A DNA stretch of 64,000 bases from Vicinamibacterales bacterium (GTDB taxonomy: Bacteria > Acidobacteriota > Vicinamibacteria > Vicinamibacterales > UBA8438). Below, piece after piece: positions 1-11,493 of the stretch; position 1 is the first letter of the stretch, and every line of letters begins with the position of its first letter. The DNA is taken from the NCBI GenBank assembly GCA_964291605.2, contig OZ219745.1, forward strand, positions 5,001,934-5,065,933, read 5' to 3'. A model generated the notes under the pieces. That model searched no databases. It worked only from the letters and a program-made list of their open reading frames with translations, and was not told the DNA's origin. Position numbers and translations under genes: made by a program.

Positions 1-1
1 C

Positions 2-1288
2 CGCATCTTCGTCTGCCGGCCCGCGGCGGACGAACCGGAGGAGCCGTGCGCCGGGCGGATCCTGCAGCGCCTGGCCCGCCGCGCCTACCGGCGTCCGGTG
101 ACGGCCGCGGACATCGACCCGCTGCTCGACCTGTTCGCCATGGGTCGCGGCGACGGGCAACGCTTCGAGGACGGCATCGAGATGGCGCTGAGCGGCGTGC
201 TCGTCTCACCGAGCTTCCTGTTCCGCGCCCCGCGTGCTCCGGACGACGCCGAGCCGGGCGCGGCGTATCCCCTCTCGGACATCGACCTGGCGTCGCGGCT
301 GTCCTTCTTCCTGTGGAGCAGCATCCCGGACGAGGAGCTGCTCGACCTCGCCGAGCGCGGCCGGCTGCGCGATCCGGCGGCGCTCGACGGGCAGATCGCC
401 CGCATGCTGGCGGACCCGAAGGCCGGCGCGCTGGTGGAGAACTTCGGCGGCCAATGGCTGCACCTGCGCAACGTCGCCGACTGGACGCCCGACCCGGTGC
501 GGTTCGCCGACTTCGACGACTCGCTGCGCTACGCCTTCGAGCGCGAGACGGAGCTGTTTCTCGACCACCTGATCCGCGAGGACCGCAGCGTCCTGGAGCT
601 GATCGACGCCGACTACACGTTTCTGAACGAACGCCTGGCCGGCTTCTACGGCATCGACGGCGTGCACGGCGGCTACTTCCGCCGCGTCCCGCTCGCGGGC
701 ACCGGACGCGGCGGCGTCCTGACCCACGGCAGCGTGTTGATGGTCACCTCGTACCCGACGCGGACGTCGCCGGTGCTGCGCGGCAAGTGGGTGCTGGAAA
801 ACCTGCTCGGCGCCCCGCCTCCGCCCCCGCCGCCCGACGTGCCGGCCCTGGACGCCGGCGCGGATGCCTCGGCGGGCAGCCTCCGCGAGGCGCTGGAGCG
901 GCACCGCGCCAACCCCGCCTGCGCCGCCTGCCACGCAAAGCTCGACCCGCTCGGGTTCGCGCTGGAGAACTTCGACGCGGTGGGCGCCTACAGGACGGAG
1001 GACGACGGCGTGACCGTCGAAGCCTCGGGGGCGCTGCCGGACGGCACCCTCGTCGACGGTCCGGCGGGTCTGCGCCGCGTGCTGCGGGACCGCCGCGACG
1101 AGTTTGTGGAGACGCTCGCCGCGAAGCTGCTGACCTATGCCCTCGGACGGGGTCTCGAGTCGTACGATCAGCCGGCGGTGCGCGAGATCCGCCGCGAGGT
1201 CGAGGCCGCCGACTACCGGTTCTCGGCGCTGGTCTCGGCTATCGTCGATAGCGTACCATTCCGTCTGAGGAGGATTCCGGAGCCATGA
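2..1288 (+). CDS. DUF1592/DUF1588/DUF1585-family protein, C-terminal part (5' end lies outside the window)
   Basis: The frame of ORF 98..1288 stays open back to base 2 (RIFVCRP...ARRAYRRPVT). Motifs ENFGGQWLHLRN and HRANPACAACHAKLDPLGFALENFD are typical of the proteins that pair with DUF1552. The stop overlaps the next start (ATGA). Confidence 0.8.
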   Translation, partial: RIFVCRPAADEPEEPCAGRILQRLARRAYRRPVTAADIDPLLDLFAMGRGDGQRFEDGIEMALSGVLVSPSFLFRAPRAPDDAEPGAAYPLSDIDLASRLSFFLWSSIPDEELLDLAERGRLRDPAALDGQIARMLADPKAGALVENFGGQWLHLRNVADWTPDPVRFADFDDSLRYAFERETELFLDHLIREDRSVLELIDADYTFLNERLAGFYGIDGVHGGYFRRVPLAGTGRGGVLTHGSVLMVTSYPTRTSPVLRGKWVLENLLGAPPPPPPPDVPALDAGADASAGSLREALERHRANPACAACHAKLDPLGFALENFDAVGAYRTEDDGVTVEASGALPDGTLVDGPAGLRRVLRDRRDEFVETLAAKLLTYALGRGLESYDQPAVREIRREVEAADYRFSALVSAIVDSVPFRLRRIPEP

Positions 1289-2619
1289 TCACCGGAACTG
1301 CACTGCCGCGCCGCACTTTCCTGCGAGGCATGGGCGCCACCGTCGCCCTTCCGTTCCTCGACGCGATGACGCCGGCTTTCGCACGGGCGTCGACGCCGGT
1401 CACCCGGGTCGCGTTCGTCTACACGGCCAACGGCATCATCATGCAGGACTGGACGCCGGCCGCCGAAGGCGCCGGGTTCGCGTTCAGCAAGACGCTGATG
1501 CCGGTGGAGCCGTTCCGGGACGACCTCCTCGTCCTGACGGGTCTGGCGCACCGCAACGGCGAGGCGCTCGGCGACGGCCCGGGCGATCACGCCCGCGCCG
1601 GCGCGAGCTGGCTTACCGGCGTACACCCGAAGAAGACCCGCGGCGCCGACATCCGCAACGGCATGTCGGTCGACCAGATGCTGGCCGGGACGATCGGCCG
1701 CGACACGCCGCTGCCCTCCCTGGAGCTGGGGCTGCAGGACGTGCGGATGGTGGGCGGCTGCGATTCCGGCTACAGTTGCGCCTACAGCAACACCCTCTCG
1801 TGGAGCTCGCCGACGACGCCGCTGCCCTACGAGAACAACCCGAGCCGGGTCTTCTCGCGGCTGTTCGGCGACGGCGACACCACGGATCCGGCGGTGCGGG
1901 CCGTCCGCGCGCGGCAGAACCGGAGCCTGCTCGACTTCGTGCGCGACGACGCGGCACGGCTGCGGACCACCCTCGGCGCCGGCGACCGGCGCAAGCTGGG
2001 CGACTACCTCGACTCGGTGCGCGAGGTGGAGCGGCGCATCCGGAACGCGCGCTACGACGGCGTCGACCTGCCGGTGCTCGACCGCCCCGACGGCATCCCG
2101 CCGACCTTCGAGGAGCACGTCCGGCTGATGTCGGATCTGGTCACCATCGCGTTCCAGGCCGACCTGACGCGGGTGGTCACGCTGATGTACAGCCGCGAGG
2201 GCGGCAACCGGACCTACCGCTCCATCGGTGTCCCGGACGCGCACCACGGGCTGTCGCACCACCAGAACGACCCGGAGAAGATGGCCCGGCTGGCGATGAT
2301 CGACCGGCACCACGTCGCGATGCTCGCCTACTTCCTCGGCAAGCTGCGGGACGCGCAGGACGAGACCGGATCGCTGCTCGACCACTCGATGGTCGTCTAC
2401 GGCAGCAGCCTGAGCGACTCGAACGCGCACACCCACGACAACCTGCCGACGCTGCTGGCCGGCGGCGGCAGCGGCACGTTACATGGCGGGCGCCATCTGC
2501 GCTATCCCGACGGCACGCCGATGACGAACCTGTTCCTGACCATGCTCGATCGCCTCGGGGTGCAGCGGGAGCAGATCGGCGACAGCACGGGGAGGATTGC
2601 GCACCTCAGCGAGCTGTAG
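1285..2619 (+). CDS. DUF1552 domain-containing protein (Tat-type signal)
   Basis: N-terminal RRTFLRGMGATVALPFLDAM twin-arginine motif. The conserved GVPDAHHGLSHHQNDPEKM block is present. This is the classic partner of the upstream DUF1592-type gene and is coupled to it by an ATGA overlap. Confidence 0.85.
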   Translation: MITGTALPRRTFLRGMGATVALPFLDAMTPAFARASTPVTRVAFVYTANGIIMQDWTPAAEGAGFAFSKTLMPVEPFRDDLLVLTGLAHRNGEALGDGPGDHARAGASWLTGVHPKKTRGADIRNGMSVDQMLAGTIGRDTPLPSLELGLQDVRMVGGCDSGYSCAYSNTLSWSSPTTPLPYENNPSRVFSRLFGDGDTTDPAVRAVRARQNRSLLDFVRDDAARLRTTLGAGDRRKLGDYLDSVREVERRIRNARYDGVDLPVLDRPDGIPPTFEEHVRLMSDLVTIAFQADLTRVVTLMYSREGGNRTYRSIGVPDAHHGLSHHQNDPEKMARLAMIDRHHVAMLAYFLGKLRDAQDETGSLLDHSMVVYGSSLSDSNAHTHDNLPTLLAGGGSGTLHGGRHLRYPDGTPMTNLFLTMLDRLGVQREQIGDSTGRIAHLSEL

Positions 2620-2853
2620 GCAACCGGGTCGTCATCGCGTCGCCCTCCAGCCGCGCAGCGCGAGCACGACCGCGAGAACCGCCAGGCCGAGCGGCGGAAC
2701 CGCCGGCACTCCGGTACCCGATGTTGCTTGTGTCGACCTTCTGGCTGAAACCGTCCAGCACGGTGCCCGATGCGTCTCGCAGTGCGTTCGTTTCCGGCGG
2801 CGTGTACCGCAGAATCACCGTCTCGCCGCCCCGAATCGCTTCGCGAAGGGTAA

Positions 2854-2973
2854 GGGACAACGTCCTGGAGTCCAGAAACGCCACGCTGTCGACCGTAGCT
2901 GACGTGCCGGACAGGGACAGCGTCGTGGAGTCCTCAAACGCCACGCTTTCGACCGTAGCTGACGTGCGGGACA
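2854..2973. repeat. 60-bp tandem duplication (2 units) inside pseudogene copy A
   Basis: Units 2854..2913 and 2914..2973 are near-identical (gggaca[a/g]cgtc[c/g]tggagtcc...gaccgtagctgacgtgc). They encode TSATVESVAFEDSTTLSLSG and TSATVDSVAFLDSRTLSLTL. Copy B has a single unit. Confidence 0.85.
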
Positions 2974-3716
2974 AGGTGAACGCGGAAGTTGCCGGAACGG
3001 CGGACGTATCCATCGCTCTACTGAACCCGACGGTGATGGTCGTGCCGGTGATATCCGCGGCGGCGCCCGTTGTCGGCTCGGGTGTCAGGATCGATGCTGG
3101 CTTTCGCATAGCCGTAGATGGCGACCATCAATGAGGCGTCGGAAGTTGTCCACGGATCGGTGGTAGCGTAAGCCCGATTGAGGCCATCGTCCCCGATGTT
3201 CCCCTCCGCGGCCGTGTCGGTATCGTCGCTGTCACTGCGCGCTGGCGACTTCCGACACCTGTTCCCGGAACCGCTCACGTCTACGACCACGAAATACGTC
3301 GTGCCGGCACCCAGGTCGATGCCTTGGCCGGAGGCCGTGAACCTGTTCTCTTCGTTGTCGACTCAACCCGCTCGGACGGGTTTGTCAGCGTGCCCAGGTT
3401 GCTGCCCGGCTCACCGCCCGAGTTCGAGTGGATGCTCACACTGTAGGTCGGATCCGACGGCGCTGTCGGCTGACTCATCACGATCTCGATACCTACCTCG
3501 GTCAGCTTGTAGCCGCCGGAGTTGCCGCTCATGGTGAACGCCTGGGCGAGGTCGTACAAGTCCAACGACTGAGAAGAAGAGAACGACTGGTCGACGTTGC
3601 CCGTCAGCTTGGTGCTCGTCTGCGCCCACGCCCCCGGGGAAGCGAGCAGCACGGCCACAGTCGACCAGGCCGCCGACCAGGCCGCAAGCCGCAGAATGCC
3701 ACCCGCTACTCTGGCG

Positions 3717-3770
<54 letters not shown>

Positions 3771-4118
3771 GCAATATCCATGCCACTTGCGTCTCGACCC
3801 GTCACGATTCTCGTCATTCACATCTGACCTCCCACAATTGAGATGGCTGGACGCCTCATCCAGCTTGCCCGCGCCAGCAGCCGCCCGTTCGGGGCACACC
3901 TGCTGGAAACTGCCTGAACGTAGACACTGAACTCTAGCAAACCCGCATATCACATTTTCGTGTTTATCTGGTGTACTTATCATGTTTATTTCATCAAATA
4001 GGCTATCCTGGCACCGGGGGGTGACGCCCAGGGCCCCCTCCCGCTCCGGCCCTCGCGGATCGGGATTCGTGCCGAGCCCGCGAAGGAAAAGCCTTGACGC
4101 AACCCGAGGCGAAGGAAA

Positions 4119-4401
4119 ATGACGCAACCCGGCGATCGACTACGCGCAGCGCCGCGTGACGCTTCGAGGGGAGGCGGTCGAGCTCACCGTCACCGAGGAC
4201 GATCTGCTGCGCGTGCTCTCGCTCGACGCGGGACGGGTGGTGACCTTCGAGACGCTGCTGCGGCGGGTCTGGGCCAAGCCGGGGAAAACCGACGCGAACC
4301 TGGTGCGCAATTTCGTCAGGAGCATGCGGCGCAAGCTCGCCGACGGCGCGGCCAGTCGCACCTGCATACTCAACCAGCGCGGCGTCGGGTACCGCATGGC
4401 G
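4119..4401 (+). pseudogene. Remnant of a duplicated sensor kinase/response regulator gene: first ~6 codons joined directly to the wHTH C-terminus
   Basis: Bases 4047..4134 match the leader and start of the 5963 gene (gccttgacgcaa[c/t]ccggcgat). Bases 4135..4401 match 8024..8292 (IDYAQRRVTLRG...GVGYRMA). About 2 kb of internal sequence is missing and the junction is out of frame. Confidence 0.8.
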
Positions 4402-4520
4402 ATCGGTGTCCCGGACGCGCACCAGGGGCTGTCGCACCACCAGAACGACCCGGAGAAGATGGCCCGGCTGGCACAGCACGGGGCGGGTTGCACACCTGGG
4501 CGGGCTGTAGGCAACCGGGT
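4402..4520 (+). pseudogene. Fragment copy of the DUF1552 3' end
   Basis: Bases 4401..4473 match 2224..2295 (IGVPDAH[H/Q]GLSHHQNDPEKMARLA). Bases 4474..4520 then match 2584..2625. About 290 bp of internal sequence is deleted relative to the intact gene. Confidence 0.8.
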
Positions 4521-4522
4521 CG

Positions 4523-5584
<1,062 letters not shown>

Positions 5585-5790
5585 TTGCGTCTCGACCCGT
5601 TGCGATTCTCGTCACGCAAATCCTTACCTCTCCGAATCGACGCCGGTGGACCTCTCCGCCCGCGGTCGAACCGCATCACCAGCTCGACCCCGCCGCGAAG
5701 CTCCCGCGCCACGTCGCCGGGCGCGTACCGTGGGCCGCTCTCGCCTGCGGGGCACACCTGCGGGAAACTGCCTGAACATAGGCACTGAAC

Positions 5791-5865
5791 TCTAGCAAAC
5801 CGCATATCAAATGTTCGTGTCTATCTTTGTCTATTTCATGTTTTTTTCATTAGGATAGGCTATGC
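5791..5865. promoter_or_regulatory. AT-rich divergent promoter/operator region between the surface-protein gene and the kinase-regulator gene
   Basis: This is a conspicuously AT-rich island in GC-rich DNA. The direct repeat TGTCTAT occurs at 5818..5824 and 5828..5834, exactly 10 bp apart, which is the geometry of OmpR-family sites. TTCAT also occurs twice. The homologous island in copy A is about 3931..4005. Confidence 0.35.
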
Positions 5866-5962
5866 TGGCGCCGGGGGTGACGCCCGGGGTGACGCTCAGG
5901 GTCGCCCCCCGATTCCGGCCCTCGCGGATCGGGATTCGTGCCGAGCCGGCGAAGGAGAAGCC

Positions 5963-8320
5963 TTGACGCAATCCGGCGATGCGCGGCGGGAGATCGAGGC
6001 GCTGCGCGAGCGGACCTCCAGCCTCAGCGCGGCCATCCTGCGCATCAGCGCCACGCTCGACCTCGACACCGTGCTCGCCGAGGTGGTCGAGAGCGCCCGC
6101 ACGCTCGCCCGGGCCCGCTACGGGGTCATCGTTACGGTCGACGAGGCGGGGGCGCCCACCCTCGACACCGTGTTCGCCGGCTTCACGCCGGAGGAGGAGC
6201 GGGAGCTGGTCGCCTGGCCCGACGGCGGCCGCCTGTTCGAGCACCTCCGCCACCTGCCGGGGCCGTTGCGGCTCGCCGACCTGGCCGGATACGTCCGCTC
6301 CCTCGGCATCGCGCCTGCACGGTTGTTGTCGCGGGCCTTCCAGGGCACGCCGATGCGCCACCGGGGCGTCGACGTCGGCTACTTCTTCCTCGCCGAGAAG
6401 GCCGAGGGCGAGGAGTTCACCGGCGACGACGAGGAGGTGCTGACGCTGCTCGCCTCGCACGCCGCGGCCGCGGTCGCCAACGCGCGGACGCACCGCAGCG
6501 GGCAGCGGGCGCAGGCCGACCTCGAAGCGCTCGTCGAGATCTCGCCGGTCGGGATCGTGGTCTTCGATGCGAAGAGCGGCCGGCCCGCGTCGCTCAACCG
6601 CGAGGCGCGGCGGATCGCCGAGGGCCTGCGGATGGCCGGCGGCCCGATCGAGGAGCTCCTGGAGACGTTCACCCTGCGCCGCGCCGACGGGCGGGAGGTC
6701 TCACTGAGCGAGTTCCCGCTGGCCGGGCTGCTCGGCGCCGGGGAGACGGTGCGCGCCGAGGAGGTCGTGCTTTCGGTCCCCGACGGGCGCAGCGTCAGGA
6801 TGCTGATCAACGTCACGCCGGTACGCGGCGAAGGGGACGAGATCGCGTCGGTGGTGGTGACCGTGCAGGACCTGGCGCCGCTCGACGAGATCGAGCGGAT
6901 GCGGACCGAGTTCCTGGGCCTGGTGAGCCACGAGTTGCGCGCGCCGCTGATCGCCATCAAGGGCTCGGCCGACGCGCTGCTCGAGGAGGCGTCCGAGCTC
7001 GACCCGGCCGAGATGCGCGAGTTCCACCGCATCATCGCCGAGCAGGCCGACCACATGCGCGGCCTCATCCGCGACCTGCTCGATGCGGGGCGCATCGACT
7101 CGGGCACGCTCTCGGTCACCGCCGAACCCTCGGAGGTGGCCGCCCTGGTCGAGCGGGCGCGCAGCACGTTCCTGAGCGGCGGCGGCCGCCACGCCGTCCT
7201 CGTGGACCTGCCGGCGGGGCTGCCCCCGGTGATGGCCGACCGGAGGCGCATCGTGCAGGTGCTCATCAACCTCTTCTCGAACGCCGCGAGGCACGCTCCC
7301 GATTCGACCCCGATCCGGGTGGCGGCCGTGCGCGAGAACGCGCACGTCGCCGTGTCGGTCTCCGACGAGGGAAGCGGGGTGGCGGCCGAGTTGCTGCCGC
7401 ACCTGTTCAGCAAGCACGCCGGCGCAAGGCAGGGGGCGACGGCGGGCCACGGCCTCGGCCTCGCCATCTGCAAGGGACTCGTCGAGGCGCACGGCGGCCG
7501 CATCCGGGCCGAGAGCCCCGGCGCCGGCCGCGGCGCCACGTTCACCTTCACGCTGCCGGTGGCCGGGGAGGCCGGCGCCGTGGCGGCCGATCGCGCCGCC
7601 GTCCCGCCGGCGGCCCCGGAACCCGGAGAGCCACCGCGCATCCTGGTCGTCGACGACGACCCGCGGGCGCTGCGCTTCGTCCGCGACGCGCTCGCCGAGG
7701 CCGGCTTCGCTCCCCTGGTGACCGGCGCGCCCCCGGACCTGCCGCGCATCATCCGCACCGAGAGGCCGCGACTCGTCCTGCTCGACCTCATGCTGCCCGA
7801 CGTCGACGGCATCGAGCTGATGCGCCAGGTCCCCGAGCTCGCCGACGTGCCCGTCATCTTCATCTCCGGCTACGGCCGCGACGAGATCGTCGCCAAGGCG
7901 CTCGATTCGGGCGCGGCCGACTACCTCGTCAAGCCCTTCTCTCCGACCGAGCTGGTCGCCCGGGTCCGGGCGGCGCTGCGGCGCCGCGAGGAGCCCGAGC
8001 CGTTCGTGACCGGAGAGCTCGCCATCGACTACGCGCAGCGCCGCGTGACGCTGCGAGGGAAAGCGGTCGAGCTCACCGTCACCGAGTACGAGCTGCTGCG
8101 CGTGCTCTCGCTCGACGCGGGACGGGTCGTGACCTTCGAGACGCTGCTGCGGCGGGTCTGGACCAAGCCGGGGAGCGCCGACGCGAACCTGGTGCGCAAT
8201 TTCGTCAGGAGCCTGCGGCGCAAGCTCGGTGAAGGCGGGGCCAGCCCCACCTTCATCTTCAACGAGCGCGGCGTCGGCTACCGCATGGCGAAACCGCCTG
8301 GCCGACAGGACCGGTCATGA
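5963..8320 (+). CDS. Single-polypeptide two-component system: GAF-PAS-HisKA-HATPase sensor kinase fused to a receiver and an OmpR-type winged-helix DNA-binding domain
   Basis: H-box FLGLVSHELRAPL. ATPase G-boxes GHGLGLAICKGLVEAHGG. Receiver RILVVDDDP...LVLLDLMLPDVDG...YLVKPF. wHTH LTVTEYELLRVL...GVGYRM. TTG start preceded by GAAGGAGAAG. Confidence 0.85.
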   Translation: MTQSGDARREIEALRERTSSLSAAILRISATLDLDTVLAEVVESARTLARARYGVIVTVDEAGAPTLDTVFAGFTPEEERELVAWPDGGRLFEHLRHLPGPLRLADLAGYVRSLGIAPARLLSRAFQGTPMRHRGVDVGYFFLAEKAEGEEFTGDDEEVLTLLASHAAAAVANARTHRSGQRAQADLEALVEISPVGIVVFDAKSGRPASLNREARRIAEGLRMAGGPIEELLETFTLRRADGREVSLSEFPLAGLLGAGETVRAEEVVLSVPDGRSVRMLINVTPVRGEGDEIASVVVTVQDLAPLDEIERMRTEFLGLVSHELRAPLIAIKGSADALLEEASELDPAEMREFHRIIAEQADHMRGLIRDLLDAGRIDSGTLSVTAEPSEVAALVERARSTFLSGGGRHAVLVDLPAGLPPVMADRRRIVQVLINLFSNAARHAPDSTPIRVAAVRENAHVAVSVSDEGSGVAAELLPHLFSKHAGARQGATAGHGLGLAICKGLVEAHGGRIRAESPGAGRGATFTFTLPVAGEAGAVAADRAAVPPAAPEPGEPPRILVVDDDPRALRFVRDALAEAGFAPLVTGAPPDLPRIIRTERPRLVLLDLMLPDVDGIELMRQVPELADVPVIFISGYGRDEIVAKALDSGAADYLVKPFSPTELVARVRAALRRREEPEPFVTGELAIDYAQRRVTLRGKAVELTVTEYELLRVLSLDAGRVVTFETLLRRVWTKPGSADANLVRNFVRSLRRKLGEGGASPTFIFNERGVGYRMAKPPGRQDRS

Positions 8321-8435
8321 CGCCGGCGCGGCACACCCGCCTCCGGCTGCGCTGGCAGCTCCACCACTATTGCATCAACGCACCGGCAGGTCGATTGGCG
8401 ACTTCCCGACCGGAAAGCGGTCGATCTCCTGAATC

Positions 8436-9986
8436 CTACGGAACGGCGCAGGCGAAGCTCGCATCGTCGTTGGGGTCTCCCGCCCCGTTGTAGACAGCGA
8501 CCTGCGGATAGGGACAGAGCGGCCGGGTCATCGCGGGCTGGCCGTCCCGACCCGGCTTCGATGCGAGCAGGCGCTCGGGCGCGCGGCCCTCCTCTACCCA
8601 GGCGCGGATCGCCTCCACCCAGTCGACGCGGTCCGGGCCCGGGCCGCCGGCGCAGTGGAGCACGCCCGGCAGCATGTAGAGCCGCGCGTAGTCGCGGGCT
8701 CCTGGATCGCCCTCCTCGAGCCGCTCGTAGTAGTCGATGGTGCCGAGCGGCGCGAGCGCCAGGTCGGACCACCCGGTCCAGTAGATGATCTTGCCGCCGC
8801 TGTCCCGGAAGGCGTTCAGATCGGGATCGGTCGCGTTCAGGATCGCGGCCGTCTCCGCGACGTCCTCCTTCCAGGTCGAGAAGTCGTAGGCCGTGTAGTC
8901 CCAGTCGGGATCGTCGAAGACGAAGTACTTGAACAGCTCGGTGCCGAAGCCGTACTGGGCGTTGGGCACCCCGGCGGCCCGCCGCTGCGGCGCGCTGACC
9001 ACCCACGAATCCCAGCCGCCGCCGTCGTTCTCGCCCCCGTAGTTGAAGCCGTGGTAGATCGGCTCGCCGTTCGAGACCGGGCCGTCGTACACCGTGTTGA
9101 TGGCCGCGAGCTGCGCCGTGGTAACACAGCCGTCGGCCGGACGGTCGCCCGCGCAGCGCGGCAGGTCTTCCGGCTCGAAATCGCACTGGCGCGGGTCGTT
9201 GAGCACGTCGTCCTCCACCCCGTCACTGGCGTCGCAGGCGGCGAGGATGCTCGATCCGAGCAGCTCGAGGGTGGCTGGCGTGAGCACCGGGTCGTCGACG
9301 TCACCGTCCGGGTAGATCGCCTGCTGGTTCTGCACGAAGCCTGCCGTGATGCCGGTCCAGTCGTAGGCGGGCGCCGCCGCCACGATGCCGTCGAAGTCCT
9401 CCGGATAGCGCTGCGACTCCATCATCGCCTGGCCGCCGCCCCGCGAGCAGCCCACGAAGTAGGAGTAGTCGGCCGGCCGATCGTAGTAGTGCGCGATGAT
9501 CGACTTCGCGGCTTCGGCGGTGAGGTGCACGGCGCGGTGCCCGAAGTTCTCCTGCCGCGCGGGGTGATTGAGGGCCCAGCTCGCCTCGATGCCGCTGCCG
9601 GTGTGCCCGGTGTCGGTCCCGACCGTCGCGTAGCCGCGCTGCAGGGGGCTTCCGCCGTGCGCGTAGAGCGTGCGGGCCTGGTTCTGCACGCTCCCCACGA
9701 AGCCGCCGCCGCCGCCCATCAGGAAGCGCCCGTTCCAGTCGTCGGGCAGCAGCAGCTCGAAGTTGATCTCCGTCTCGATCGTCCCCGTCACCCTGCAATG
9801 CGCCGGCAGACCGGCCTCGGCCGGTACCGGTTCCGCCGCCCCGATGTACAGATCGAACAATTCCAGCGTCGCCAGGTCGGTGCAGGCGTCCGCGGGGCCG
9901 GCGGCGGGAGTCGCACACGCGGCGACGACCGCCAGGCCGGCGGCGACAACGACGTTCACGAACTGGCGTTGGATGCGGGACATCAT
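8436..9986 (-). CDS. Tannase/feruloyl esterase family alpha/beta hydrolase (lipoprotein-type signal)
   Basis: GCSRGGGQAMMESQRYPEDFDGIVAAAPAYDW block. I chose the start at the ATG at 9986 (MMSRIQ...VVAAC) because it follows GAGGGGAAAGCC. Confidence 0.8.
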   Translation of the reverse strand: MMSRIQRQFVNVVVAAGLAVVAACATPAAGPADACTDLATLELFDLYIGAAEPVPAEAGLPAHCRVTGTIETEINFELLLPDDWNGRFLMGGGGGFVGSVQNQARTLYAHGGSPLQRGYATVGTDTGHTGSGIEASWALNHPARQENFGHRAVHLTAEAAKSIIAHYYDRPADYSYFVGCSRGGGQAMMESQRYPEDFDGIVAAAPAYDWTGITAGFVQNQQAIYPDGDVDDPVLTPATLELLGSSILAACDASDGVEDDVLNDPRQCDFEPEDLPRCAGDRPADGCVTTAQLAAINTVYDGPVSNGEPIYHGFNYGGENDGGGWDSWVVSAPQRRAAGVPNAQYGFGTELFKYFVFDDPDWDYTAYDFSTWKEDVAETAAILNATDPDLNAFRDSGGKIIYWTGWSDLALAPLGTIDYYERLEEGDPGARDYARLYMLPGVLHCAGGPGPDRVDWVEAIRAWVEEGRAPERLLASKPGRDGQPAMTRPLCPYPQVAVYNGAGDPNDDASFACAVP

Positions 9987-10293
9987 GGCTTTCCCCTCGT
10001 GTCGTTCGGACCGCTTCAACCGTATCAGCAGCGAGCACGCCGCGCCACACGCCCCACTCGTCAAGCCCCCTGTGCAGTCCGGACCGCTTCAACCGTAATC
10101 AGCGTACCTCCAGTGTCTCGAGGGGCTCGCGCCGTCGACACGCTGACCGCGTCCCCACAACGGGAATCGGCCCCCCGGCACCGGACGCCTCCGTTCGTCC
10201 GGAGGGTCCGGTCTTGCTGCCGCCTGCGGTCCACCGCTCTGCAACCTGCCAGTCGGCGGCCAACATCGGGCCCGCATATAATCGCCCCACCCC

Positions 10294-11493
10294 ATGCCCC
10301 CTCTCGACGGACTGCGCGTGCTCGATCTCACCCGGGTGCTGGCCGGCCCCTACTGCGCCATGATGCTGGGCGACATGGGTGCCGAGGTGCTGAAGATCGA
10401 GGAGCCGACCCACGGCGACGACACGCGGGCGTGGGCGCCCCACCGCAATGGCTGGAGCACGTTCTTTCTCGGTCTGAACCGGAGCAAGAAGAGCGTCGCG
10501 CTCGACCTGAAGTCCGCGGCCGGCGCCGACGCCCTCCGGCGGTTGATTGCGACGGCCGACGTGCTGATCGAGAACTTCCGGCCGGGCAGCCTGGCGAAGC
10601 TCGGCTTCAGCTACGAGGCCGTCTCCGAGGCGAACCCCCGACTCGTCTATTGCTCCGTCACCGGCTACGGGCAAGTCGGCCCCAAGAAGGACCTCCCCGG
10701 CTACGACGCGGTAATCCAGGCCGAGAGCGGACTGATGGACGTCACCGGCCAGCGCGACGGTCCGCCGACGCGGGTGGGCGTGGCGATCACCGACTACCTG
10801 GCCGGCCTCTACGCGATGAACGGCATCCTGCTGGCCCTGCGCGACCGCGACCGCACCGGTCGGGGCCAGCACGTCGACATCGCGCTGATGGATGCGATGA
10901 CTTCGGCGCTCGCACTGCCGGCCGGTATCTACTTCAACACCGGCGAGGCGCCGGGACGCGAAGGCAACCAGCACCACACGCTGACCCCGTACGAGACAAT
11001 CGAGGTCGCGGATGGACTGGTCGTCGTCGCCGCGGGCAACGAGCGGCTCTGGAAGCAGTTCTGCGACGCCGTCGGGGCCGAAGATCTCGAGCGCCATCCG
11101 GACTACGCCACCAACACGGACCGGATGGCGCACCGGCCGCAACTCATCGCCGAGTTGACGCCGCGCCTCGCACGGTACACGCGCGACGCGTTGATCGAGC
11201 GGCTCCGCGCGCACAACGTACCGTGCGCACAGGTGCGAACCATCGGGGAGGCGCTCGAGGACCCCCACCTGCGGGAGCGGGGGATGGTCCTCGACATCCC
11301 GCACGAAGACCTCGGCGCGATGCGCAGCCTCGGCAACCCGATCCGGCTGTCACGCACGCCGGCCGTGATTCACCGCCGCCCGCCGGCACTGGGCGAGCAC
11401 AACGAAGAGATCCTGGAGTCGCTCGGCGCGGACGACGACCCACCAACCGACCGGCAACCCGTCGGCGCAACGTCGCGAGGAGTGGACCGATGA
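10294..11493 (+). CDS. Family III CoA-transferase (CaiB/BaiF family)
   Basis: N-terminus LDGLRVLDLTRVLAGPYCAMMLGDMGAEVLKIEEP..GDDTR is typical of the family. A TATAAT lies 12 nt upstream of the ATG. Confidence 0.9.
   Translation: MPPLDGLRVLDLTRVLAGPYCAMMLGDMGAEVLKIEEPTHGDDTRAWAPHRNGWSTFFLGLNRSKKSVALDLKSAAGADALRRLIATADVLIENFRPGSLAKLGFSYEAVSEANPRLVYCSVTGYGQVGPKKDLPGYDAVIQAESGLMDVTGQRDGPPTRVGVAITDYLAGLYAMNGILLALRDRDRTGRGQHVDIALMDAMTSALALPAGIYFNTGEAPGREGNQHHTLTPYETIEVADGLVVVAAGNERLWKQFCDAVGAEDLERHPDYATNTDRMAHRPQLIAELTPRLARYTRDALIERLRAHNVPCAQVRTIGEALEDPHLRERGMVLDIPHEDLGAMRSLGNPIRLSRTPAVIHRRPPALGEHNEEILESLGADDDPPTDRQPVGATSRGVDR

Noticed and set aside
2854-2973. Possible CRISPR-like or regulatory direct repeats
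   Set aside because: There are only two contiguous 60-bp units with no spacers. They lie in frame inside a coding or pseudogene region, so this is a simple tandem duplication. No CRISPR array was seen anywhere in the window.
5938-8232. 764-aa ORF overlapping the kinase-regulator gene in another frame, plus the 6379..7863 antisense ORF
   Set aside because: The composition is extremely Arg/Pro/Gly-rich with no motifs. The frame starting at 5963 carries all recognisable HK, REC and wHTH motifs.
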